Shown: piece after piece, positions 18,556 to 26,936 of the stretch
How the letters are laid out: every line of letters starts with the position of its first letter
How positions within the stretch are numbered: position 1 is the stretch's first letter
Origin: a virus
Lineage: Duplodnaviria > Heunggongvirae > Uroviricota > Caudoviricetes
Length of the DNA stretch: 64,000 nucleotides
Direction: 5' to 3' (one strand)
IMG/VR virus record: IMGVR_UViG_3300032214_000615
The notes under the pieces: model-generated
What the model was told of the DNA's origin: nothing
The model's database searches: none
Seen by the model: the letters and a program-made list of their open reading frames with translations, nothing else
Position numbers and translations under genes: made by a program

Positions 18556-19700
18556 TGAAAGCACACGAAATTGTTTCAGAAAGTTGGAGCGAAAAATACA
18601 AACGCTCCATTGACTGCTCTCGTCCCAAAGGTTTCTCTCAACGCGCACACTGTCAAGGTCGTAAGAAAAAAGTAAAAGAAGATATTCCGGTAAATTTAGT
18701 ATTCAACAGTATAGAACTGTCAGAATCTAGCATATCAACATACGCAAAACACTATTACTCAGCGCATCAAATTGAACAATCGCATGTGAAATTTACTTCT
18801 AATGTAAAACTTTTAGGAAAAAATAAATTAGCAGAATCAAAAGAAAATTCAGAAATAAAATCGTTTATAGACGCTATTAATCAACTTGATACTGTAAAAA
18901 AAATAAAAATAGGTGATAAATTTTCTGTATTGGCGTTTGAAATCAGATTTGCCTGGAGAGAAATTGATGCTATGGGATTCATAGAGTCAAAGACAGTATC
19001 AGATATAAACCTCAACGATAACGGAACTATTAACTACGTCATGTTTACTGATGGAGATCGTTATCCTAGACATGTTCAAGCAACTTACAATAATAAACTC
19101 GTAATACACACTGCGTATTTTAATAATTCTCAAGAGGCTAAAAAAGCACTGACATTTTTGGTGTTAAATGTTCCGGATAATTGGGGCTTGGACATTTCGG
19201 AAATAAAAGATGCTGACGGTGTAAATGAGACAAAAGATTCAAGTACGCTTCAAGATGATTTGATTTACATAATTTATATTAATAATCAACCAGTTGTAAG
19301 ACATACTTCTAAAGAAGATGTCGAGCGCGATGTTGCTGTCGTACTAAAAAAGTATCCAACGACAAAAATTGAAATACGAACCAAATCAAAAAATTCAGTA
19401 GAAGAAGATAACAACGGGTTGTCACCAACTACAAAAATGTTTCTTGAAAAAGAACAGATATTATCGACGCTAAATCGCAAACAGCACACAACGGAAGCAC
19501 TTAATTCAGATAATAGACTTCCAGATATTCCAACGACTACAACGTACATACTGTACAAGAATGTTGGAAATGAGTGGAATCCAGTTGCTAGATACCCAAC
19601 TGAAGAACAGGCACGTGACGCTGGTCGCGAAATGGCTCAAGAACTTGGCGGAAAATATCGGGTAAAACAAGTAGAGTACCCGACTACAAAATACGAATGA
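18555..19700 (+). CDS. Hypothetical protein with basic N-terminus
   Basis: 381 aa; start overlaps the upstream stop (TAATG). Confidence 0.45.
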   Translation: MKAHEIVSESWSEKYKRSIDCSRPKGFSQRAHCQGRKKKVKEDIPVNLVFNSIELSESSISTYAKHYYSAHQIEQSHVKFTSNVKLLGKNKLAESKENSEIKSFIDAINQLDTVKKIKIGDKFSVLAFEIRFAWREIDAMGFIESKTVSDINLNDNGTINYVMFTDGDRYPRHVQATYNNKLVIHTAYFNNSQEAKKALTFLVLNVPDNWGLDISEIKDADGVNETKDSSTLQDDLIYIIYINNQPVVRHTSKEDVERDVAVVLKKYPTTKIEIRTKSKNSVEEDNNGLSPTTKMFLEKEQILSTLNRKQHTTEALNSDNRLPDIPTTTTYILYKNVGNEWNPVARYPTEEQARDAGREMAQELGGKYRVKQVEYPTTKYE

Positions 19701-19708
19701 GGTAAATC

Positions 19709-20149
19709 ATGTTAGCAGACGAACTAAAAAAACTACTGGGCACTACCTTTGTGTTGTACACAAAAGTGCATGGCTTCCACTTTAATGTAGAAGGCCCTGA
19801 CTTCCCACAATATCATCAACTACTTGGAGATATTTACGAAGACATTTATTCATCTATAGATAAGATAGGCGAATACATACGCACACTAGACAGTTACACG
19901 CCCGGCAGTTTAGCCCGTATGCTAGAACTCAGTGTCATACAAGAGCAGCCAAAGATACCACGTGCTGAGTTGATGTTTGCTGAACTTATCGAGAACAACA
20001 CGGACTACATTTGCCTGTTGAACGAATGCTTCAAGTGTGCAGACGAAGAGAATCAACAAGGTATAGCAGACTTCATTGCTGGGCGTCTAGATGCTATGAA
20101 CAAACATCAGTGGATGATGAAGGCTATAATGAAGCGTCAGCGGGCGTGA
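19709..20149 (+). CDS. dps: Dps-family (ferritin-like) DNA-protection protein
   Basis: LYTKVHGFHFNVEGPDFPQYHQLLGDIYEDIYSSIDKIGEYIRTL matches the Dps di-iron/ferroxidase helix region (compare E. coli Dps [26 protein letters not shown]). Confidence 0.75.
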   Translation: MLADELKKLLGTTFVLYTKVHGFHFNVEGPDFPQYHQLLGDIYEDIYSSIDKIGEYIRTLDSYTPGSLARMLELSVIQEQPKIPRAELMFAELIENNTDYICLLNECFKCADEENQQGIADFIAGRLDAMNKHQWMMKAIMKRQRA

Positions 20150-20186
20150 TAGATCATGCGTATACAAGAAAGAAAGACAAGAAGGC

Positions 20187-20273
20187 ATTGCCAACTTCTT
20201 AGCAGAAAGATTAGAAGCAATGAACAAGCACGCCTGGATGATGCGCAGCATACTTAAAAAAGAACGAGCATGA
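20187..20273 (+). pseudogene. Diverged duplicate of the last 28 codons of the dps gene, out of frame with dps and ending at the start codon of the next gene
   Basis: Translates to IANFLAERLEAMNKHAWMMRSILKKERA*; the true Dps C-terminus is IADFIAGRLDAMNKHQWMMKAIMKRQRA*. Confidence 0.5.
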
Positions 20274-21292
20274 AAATAGTTGAGTTACTAGAGAACATTA
20301 ATGTAACAGAGGGTGTACATGACCCTGCCATATTCAAAGTGGTGTTCATCATAGGCGGCCCTGGTAGCGGTAAGAGTAGAGTGGCGCATATGCTAGCTTT
20401 AAAATCGTTGGGATTTGTAAGCGTCAATAGTGATGAAGCGTTCTCTCATTTGTTGAAAAAGTCTGGGTTGAATTTAAAGATGCCTCCAGAAGAAGAGGCT
20501 CAACGCAGTAGCGTTCGTGCTAGAGCTAAAGAGATCACTGCTAACAAGATGCAGCTAGCGCTTGATGGGCGTCTTGGTATAGTAATTGACGGCACGGGCG
20601 AAGACTACAGAAAGATAGAGGGCATACACGCTAACTTAAGTGAGATGGGCTACGAGAGTTTCTTGGTAGTGGTCTATGCTAATCTAGAGACTGCCAAGCG
20701 TAGAAATGCTGCCAGAGAGCGCAGCGTACCCGAACATGTTGTTGAGAAGAAGTGGTACGGCGTTCAACAGAACTTGGACAACTTTTTGACGATGTTTGAC
20801 AATAGTGTAATCATTGACAATAATGGTACCGTATCTGATTTGACTCCACAGACCGAGCATGCTTACAAGATGATAGCGCGATGGTCACGAGTCAAATCTA
20901 GCTCACCCGAGGCGCAAAATTGGATCAATGATCAACTTGGTAACGACGATGACGATGATGTTGAAGACGATGATGTTGAAGACGATGATGTTGAAGATGA
21001 AGACATTCCAGAGCCTGAAGACGAAGTTACAGATGAGCCAGTGAAAGAGGGCTATTACAAAAATAAAGTCATAGCACAGCAAGAGTTAATGAATAAGCAA
21101 ACTGGTCAGTGGCCTACAGTTGATAATGCTGTTAGTCAAATAAAACCTAAATTTTGGAATGTAGAGATAAACGGCAAAATTTGGAAAAAATGGCGTGAAC
21201 CTGTTAAGATTCCAGATAGTAGAATAGATCGTGTTATTGATTCCATTCGTGGTCCGCAAGATGTAGTTAAAAAAATACCGGCAAAATCATGA
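20270..21292 (+). CDS. P-loop kinase, most like a polynucleotide 5'-kinase (T4 Pnk kinase-domain-like), with an acidic low-complexity insert
   Basis: Walker A VVFIIGGPGSGKSRVA followed by VSVNSDEAF (compare T4 Pnk GCPGSGKST ... NVNRDDYR). Acidic DDDDDVEDDDVEDDDVEDEDIPEPEDE tract. No HAD phosphatase motif. Confidence 0.5.
   Translation: MKIVELLENINVTEGVHDPAIFKVVFIIGGPGSGKSRVAHMLALKSLGFVSVNSDEAFSHLLKKSGLNLKMPPEEEAQRSSVRARAKEITANKMQLALDGRLGIVIDGTGEDYRKIEGIHANLSEMGYESFLVVVYANLETAKRRNAARERSVPEHVVEKKWYGVQQNLDNFLTMFDNSVIIDNNGTVSDLTPQTEHAYKMIARWSRVKSSSPEAQNWINDQLGNDDDDDVEDDDVEDDDVEDEDIPEPEDEVTDEPVKEGYYKNKVIAQQELMNKQTGQWPTVDNAVSQIKPKFWNVEINGKIWKKWREPVKIPDSRIDRVIDSIRGPQDVVKKIPAKS
20945..21004 (+). repeat. 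Three tandem 15-nt repeats (GTTGAAGACGATGAT) encoding VEDDD units
   Basis: Direct reading of the sequence. Confidence 0.8.
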
Positions 21293-21708
21293 CTAATTGG
21301 ATGGAATACGTCAAGGCAAGTTATGACTTGATTATGTTGGCTCAGCAACGAGCGTCTACTGAGTTAGACTATGATGTTGGCGCCTTTGTTGTTCATACAT
21401 TTGCCAAGTATATGACCACCACTATTAGAACAGAAGAGCCAGTCGCAATCAAATTATTGACCGCTGTAAACAGTACTGGTGAATTGCGCAAACAACGCCT
21501 GATAGAAGTATCTGAAGAGTGCATGTTGATTGACGGACTTGAATTAAACAAGTCTCGTTGGGTAAGCAATGACTACTATCAGAACATTGGTATCATCGCA
21601 CTAGAGCATCGTGCATATAGTGAGCGTCCCCCAGAGTTACTTTACGATAGAATCGCTCAACAATTCAAAGACATTTCCAGAGTATTACATGCTGTAAGAT
21701 TAGTATAA
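21289..21708 (+). CDS. Hypothetical protein
   Basis: 139 aa ORF, translationally coupled (ATGA overlap) to the upstream gene. Confidence 0.45.
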   Translation: MTNWMEYVKASYDLIMLAQQRASTELDYDVGAFVVHTFAKYMTTTIRTEEPVAIKLLTAVNSTGELRKQRLIEVSEECMLIDGLELNKSRWVSNDYYQNIGIIALEHRAYSERPPELLYDRIAQQFKDISRVLHAVRLV

Positions 21709-21719
21709 ATACTAACAGC

Positions 21720-23102
21720 ATGAATATATTTGAAGTTATTGCTGGCAAAACTATTACTCTAAATCGCCTATACGGAGGAAATTTTCCTGATCGTTACGAA
21801 GATTTTTGGGATCATGTTCGTTCGCATGAGCTTGATAAAGAATTGCCAGTTAGAGTTCTACCAGCGTTTAATTTAAAATTACTATTGACTAGTCAATATC
21901 GTAAAGAAGATATTGATGAAGTGTCAGAACTATTAAATGATGGACAGCGAGATATTATCAATCGCTATCAGAAGGACCCACAACTCAGCAGTAAGATAAT
22001 AGTACTGTCTGGCAATAGAATTGTGGATGGCAATCATCGTGCTCTAGCCGCCGCGCTTAACAATGTAAGTATTAATTATGTTGATCTAGCAGACTTGGAT
22101 GAACAAGATGTGACTGAAGATTCTCTAAATGAAGTCAGCAAAGACTGGCGCGAAAGAAGTTCAGCGGAAGATAAGATAGGAAAGATAGCGTCCAGCCGCG
22201 AAAGATCGGATCAATTTACGATTGACGACATAAATGAAGTAAAAAGACTGATCAAAATTACAGGGCGCGCCTCAGTTATTTACGGAGGCAAAGAATATAA
22301 TAGGCTAGGAACAGCGGGCGGTATTTTAGATCATATGATTCATAACTATAGATTGAATCAAGCAAAATCTGGAGCAATGCCACAATTTACTGGAGTCGCA
22401 GCCAATGCTCGTGATATGGCCCGACAAATAGCAATGCAGACTAATGGAGATTATAATCAAAAATATGCCAGAGTATGGACTACTGGATACGGACAGAGAT
22501 ATAAAGACCCATCTGACTTTGTTGAATATAAAACTGAAGAAGACTATGATAGTGCCTGGGACTGGGTACAAAGCAAGGGCAAAAAAGTTTACTACTATGA
22601 TAATTTCAAGCATCTAAACACTGCTATAAAAATTGGAAGATATATAGTTGAGCCAGCTTCAGTTACCAGAGGTGTGTTTAGTGGTAATCCAGAAACAACA
22701 CATCAACTTAGTGTAAGAACGGCAGCAGTGATAAATCAAGCAGTTAGAAGACAAGCGGATATATCAGATCAACAAGCAATGGCACTCAAAGATATTGCTG
22801 CTACTAAAAACGCAAACGCTTTAGAAGGACTTAAACTTTTAATGAGTGTTCTTAAAGGTGAAGAAGACATTAAGAGTGTTATTGATAACTCTAAAAAGTT
22901 AGATCCCAAAGACAAGGCAAAGTTGGATGCCATAATTGCCGGCGCCAAAAATTTTAAAGAACCCGATCAAGATATAGCGGAAGCACGAAAGAAAAAGCGT
23001 AAACGCAAAGTGAATCGTACACCAAGAAGCATAACCACTGGATGGTGGGGTGGCTTTTACGGTGATAATAGTTCAGACGGCGAAGGTGGGGGTGGAGAGT
23101 GA
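21720..23102 (+). CDS. ParB-like nuclease-domain protein (polyvalent-type)
   Basis: IVLSGNRIVDGNHRALAAAL fits the DGxHRxxA core of the ParB/sulfiredoxin fold. Followed by QDVTEDSLNE motif and a basic KKKRKRKVNR C-terminal region. Confidence 0.5.
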   Translation: MNIFEVIAGKTITLNRLYGGNFPDRYEDFWDHVRSHELDKELPVRVLPAFNLKLLLTSQYRKEDIDEVSELLNDGQRDIINRYQKDPQLSSKIIVLSGNRIVDGNHRALAAALNNVSINYVDLADLDEQDVTEDSLNEVSKDWRERSSAEDKIGKIASSRERSDQFTIDDINEVKRLIKITGRASVIYGGKEYNRLGTAGGILDHMIHNYRLNQAKSGAMPQFTGVAANARDMARQIAMQTNGDYNQKYARVWTTGYGQRYKDPSDFVEYKTEEDYDSAWDWVQSKGKKVYYYDNFKHLNTAIKIGRYIVEPASVTRGVFSGNPETTHQLSVRTAAVINQAVRRQADISDQQAMALKDIAATKNANALEGLKLLMSVLKGEEDIKSVIDNSKKLDPKDKAKLDAIIAGAKNFKEPDQDIAEARKKKRKRKVNRTPRSITTGWWGGFYGDNSSDGEGGGGE

Positions 23103-24430
23103 GAGCAAGTGAATTCACTAAGCAAGATGTGGCGGAAGGCTCGTATAGAGAAGGCGGTAGTATTACACACGATGGAGTAGAATATGATTTTGATAGGGTA
23201 ATGAGCATAGCAGAAAAATTGCCTACTAAGACTTGTTCTGTTGATAAACTCTCTTGGATACTCAAATACGATACTCCGAACAAAGAGCGTCTTGAACGTG
23301 CTGACATAACAGTTCCGTTAATAGTCACAAAGAGTTCTAATGGCAAATTAGCAGCAATAGATGGTTTACATAGATTGGCAAAAGCAGTTAGAGATAATGT
23401 AAAGACGTTGCCAGTGAAATATGTAAGTCCAAAGATGTTGCCATCAGCAAAAATCAGCAAGCAAGGCGTGACGGAGAGCATTCAACATAATTCACAAGAC
23501 CTAAAAGATGTGGCAGAATGGATGAGTACTACGTCTGACAAACTCAATATCGTAGTAAAGCAAGAACCAATTGAAAAGTTCATCAAACAAATTCGTGAGA
23601 TGTATGGCACTTACGATGAATTTCCAGAAGATGAAGAACGTACTAATCGTATTTTGAAGTTATTGAAGCGTGGTGCTAAACCACTACCTATGTATGTAGA
23701 AGCCAATGATCCAGACTTATTTGTTATGGAAGGTAGACATAGAATGGTGGCATTCTGGTTAGCAGGTATGAAAACTATTCCAGTTGCGTATGTTAGTGTA
23801 AAAGATAAGCAAGATGTGACGGAAGATAATGTGGTCAATGAAATTGATTATGCTTCAACACTAGCAAATCTTTCTATGTCTGATCAACAACTTATAAAAT
23901 CTTCATCTGTCGTGGGTACAATTGGATCTAGAGAAGTGTTTTTATTTACACAGGGAAATTCTAGAATTTATTTCTTTAAAGATAATGACGCTATAGACGC
24001 ATTAGTCTATCTATTCAAAAATCGTTTGCTAGGCATTAAGAATTATTCACGTAACAAAGGCTTGGTTTATAATTTATTACAGTACATTGTAAATATGAAT
24101 CGTGAGTCAATTAAACTAACGGAGATAGATAAACTAACTCCTGATGGAATACAGTGGATATTGCGACAAATTAAAACTTCAAGTGATTTTGTGATTACGG
24201 ATCAACGAGGAAATAAAATAGATTCGTCTAATCTATATGATGAATGGGAATTAGCAAGAACTTCTGGAAAACATGGATCAACTGAAATAGTAATTGCCCC
24301 ATCTGACAATAGAAAAAACATCAGAGAAAATGAATCGCGACTGATGCCCATGGATATTTGGGGAGCAACATTAAAAACTACTTCATCTAATGTTGTTGAT
24401 ATTAATACGTTATTAGAGATGACATCATGA
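23099..24430 (+). CDS. Protein with two ParB-like motifs plus repeated module copy B
   Basis: LAAIDGLHRLAKAV and FVMEGRHRMVAFWLAG. Motifs QDVAEGSYRE, QGVTESIQHN, KDVAEW, QDVTEDNVVNE. Module B (IKNYSRNKGLVYNLLQYIVN...TPDGIQWILRQIK...ESRLMP). Confidence 0.5.
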   Translation: MRASEFTKQDVAEGSYREGGSITHDGVEYDFDRVMSIAEKLPTKTCSVDKLSWILKYDTPNKERLERADITVPLIVTKSSNGKLAAIDGLHRLAKAVRDNVKTLPVKYVSPKMLPSAKISKQGVTESIQHNSQDLKDVAEWMSTTSDKLNIVVKQEPIEKFIKQIREMYGTYDEFPEDEERTNRILKLLKRGAKPLPMYVEANDPDLFVMEGRHRMVAFWLAGMKTIPVAYVSVKDKQDVTEDNVVNEIDYASTLANLSMSDQQLIKSSSVVGTIGSREVFLFTQGNSRIYFFKDNDAIDALVYLFKNRLLGIKNYSRNKGLVYNLLQYIVNMNRESIKLTEIDKLTPDGIQWILRQIKTSSDFVITDQRGNKIDSSNLYDEWELARTSGKHGSTEIVIAPSDNRKNIRENESRLMPMDIWGATLKTTSSNVVDINTLLEMTS

Positions 24431-26904
24431 GATTAAAAGAATTTATCAATAAACATCATGTAACGGAAGACTCATTGAATGAGTTTTCTATCAATCGCGG
24501 AGATGGAGACGATGACGATGATAATAATCGAGGCCCGGGATTAACTCGTCAAGAATTTAAGAATGCTCTAAAACTTGCTCTAGGGTATGATATGAATGGA
24601 GTAAATGTGTCTACTTTTGAAGGCGGCATGCTCAGAGTTGAGGTAAATGGTGAACGACGAATAGTTCCATGTAATAAATTAGGCGTCAAGGATGCTGCTA
24701 ATTTTATAAAAAGAATAAAAAACCAAGGTGTGACAGAAGGCTCATTGAATGAATTAGCACCAAGTTCAGGTGGTCGCGATGATATACTAAAAACTTTGGC
24801 CGCACAATGGCTTCATGGTGATATAGCCAGTGGTGATTTGAGTAGTGATACTCAATCACAAGAACAAGTCGAGCGCAGATTAGAAAAAGGTATTGTCTGT
24901 CCAGATGGTGCGAAGCGTAAACTTTATATTGACTACAGTGATGATTATGAGGGTGTTGTAATTTACAGTGACGATGATTGGAGTATTACTTATAAGCAGG
25001 ATGACTTGAGTGAATCTAAACAAGGTGTGTCGGAAAACGGCGTTAAGGCTGATATAGAAGAATACTCTTTAAAAGAAATAGATTATTCTTCTGAATTAGA
25101 TTCTACAAATTTTTCGCACAGCAAAGTTATAAAACTTGGAGTAGTTGATGGTCAAATAGACGGGCATGATGTTATGAAAGCATCGTCTGGTGATCAAACA
25201 GTATATTTTTTACTATCTAATGATAGTAAAGTATCAGCCTTTTTAGGTTTTAAAAATGGATACTTGAAGAACATTAAAAACTTTAGTGGTGCTTCTGGAT
25301 TAATCAGTGCGTTGGTGGGTTATGTGGTTCATATTAAAAAAGAAAAGATAAAAATATCTCCAGATGAGCCTATGACTGAATCTGGCATCAAATGGTTATC
25401 TAAGCTAATTAAACAGCCACGTGGATTAACTATAACAAATCAGCGCGGTGAGTCAGTTGATGCAGAAGCGTTAAAACAAGAATGGTCAAACGCAAAAAAC
25501 ACTGGAGCTGCGGGCACTACTGGTATTACTATTAACGAAAATTTTTCGTTTGGTAATAAAATAAGACTTAACGAAGAGTCAAGAAAACAAGACTCTATAC
25601 TTATGCCACATAATTTTTACATAAGTCGGAAAGAGGTGGCGGAAGACTCATTGAATGAGTTCGCCACTAGCGGCGACGATGACAATAGACCACAGCGTCC
25701 GATGTTATTAGCAGATGTTGCCAAAATAATCAAGGCAAAATTAGGTCCAGGTTGGACTATGGAACATGTTGGTAGAACTGAACAGCCAGGATACAAATTC
25801 ATTCCAACAGATAAGACAAAACACGGAATGGCTAAGATTTGGTGCTTAGTAGATTGGGATAAGGTGGGTGAATATCCAACTTACAATACAATACTGTATT
25901 CATTCCAGAATGAAAATGGTAGACTGATGGCTCATGGTCGACACACAGAACGAGCAAAATCTAAAACCGTTTCCAACGCATTAGTGACAGCGCAAACACT
26001 ACTTGGAAATACTGATGGAGCATTAAAAGATTCGGTGACAGAAGACACAGTTGACGAAATGACACTCAAAACCTATAAGACTATGGGTGACTTTAGTAAG
26101 CCAGGACCATTCAAAGACCCAGATTACAAATTAGTCACACATCCAGTTCACATACAGAAGGTAACAGATTTCTTTCAACGCGTTCCACACGATTTTCGTT
26201 TCTTCATGAGCAATCTTCCCGGTATGAGAAAGTATCAAGAAAGTGGCGAGAAAACTCCGCAAGAAATACAACAAATGTTTGGCGAAAAAATAGCCAGAGA
26301 AATTCTGCAAGATACTGAAGATGCTATTACTGTTATTTATATTGGAAATTACGGTCAGAATAAGGTAATGATGTCTCCGCATACTATGGCACATCGTGTT
26401 GGTCATGCTATTACTGCCGCTGGTAGATACGAACGTAGCAAAGTAATTCCGGAATGGACTGAATTATACAATCATTTTTTCAATCAACTTAAAAAAATAG
26501 TAGTAGACTGCTATCAACGACCAGAATCTAACAGATATGATTACTTTACCACTAGACAACAAAGTGTCGATATGGAAGCAAAATATATGGCACTAATGTA
26601 TCAGATTGGGACCCTAAAGAGTAGTCGTGAGCGTAATCTAAATAACACATACGAATTCTTGTATGAAATGTTAGCGCAATATATTAGAACAGGCAAAGTA
26701 ACTCTAAATCCATTGCCAATCAGCGCTGGTTACGGTCGTCTAGTTGGTTGGAAGACAAAATCATTTCAAAAGTATATACGCATAAATTCCGAATGTAGTG
26801 ATGAGCTTTATCGCACTGAAGTTACACAACGATTAGCAAGAGATATGGGAATATTATTCGGGCAAGTATTAGGTGGTTGTGTTGGTAAAATATTTGTGAT
26901 GTAA
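24427..26904 (+). CDS. Large polyvalent-type protein with repeated module copy C and five motif copies
   Basis: 825 aa. HVTEDSLNEF, QGVTEGSLNEL, QGVSENGV, EVAEDSLNEF, SVTEDTVDEM. Module C (IKNFSGASGLISALVGYVVH...DEPMTESGIKWLSKLIKQP...DSILMP). Acidic GDGDDDDDNNRG tract. Confidence 0.5.
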   Translation: MRLKEFINKHHVTEDSLNEFSINRGDGDDDDDNNRGPGLTRQEFKNALKLALGYDMNGVNVSTFEGGMLRVEVNGERRIVPCNKLGVKDAANFIKRIKNQGVTEGSLNELAPSSGGRDDILKTLAAQWLHGDIASGDLSSDTQSQEQVERRLEKGIVCPDGAKRKLYIDYSDDYEGVVIYSDDDWSITYKQDDLSESKQGVSENGVKADIEEYSLKEIDYSSELDSTNFSHSKVIKLGVVDGQIDGHDVMKASSGDQTVYFLLSNDSKVSAFLGFKNGYLKNIKNFSGASGLISALVGYVVHIKKEKIKISPDEPMTESGIKWLSKLIKQPRGLTITNQRGESVDAEALKQEWSNAKNTGAAGTTGITINENFSFGNKIRLNEESRKQDSILMPHNFYISRKEVAEDSLNEFATSGDDDNRPQRPMLLADVAKIIKAKLGPGWTMEHVGRTEQPGYKFIPTDKTKHGMAKIWCLVDWDKVGEYPTYNTILYSFQNENGRLMAHGRHTERAKSKTVSNALVTAQTLLGNTDGALKDSVTEDTVDEMTLKTYKTMGDFSKPGPFKDPDYKLVTHPVHIQKVTDFFQRVPHDFRFFMSNLPGMRKYQESGEKTPQEIQQMFGEKIAREILQDTEDAITVIYIGNYGQNKVMMSPHTMAHRVGHAITAAGRYERSKVIPEWTELYNHFFNQLKKIVVDCYQRPESNRYDYFTTRQQSVDMEAKYMALMYQIGTLKSSRERNLNNTYEFLYEMLAQYIRTGKVTLNPLPISAGYGRLVGWKTKSFQKYIRINSECSDELYRTEVTQRLARDMGILFGQVLGGCVGKIFVM

Positions 26905-26936
26905 CTCAATCACGCTTTATAGACTAAATACATATT

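Noticed and set aside
20011-20202. 63-aa ORF overlapping the end of dps in another frame
   Set aside because: It overlaps a well-supported gene and has no RBS. It is likely an artefact of the local duplication.
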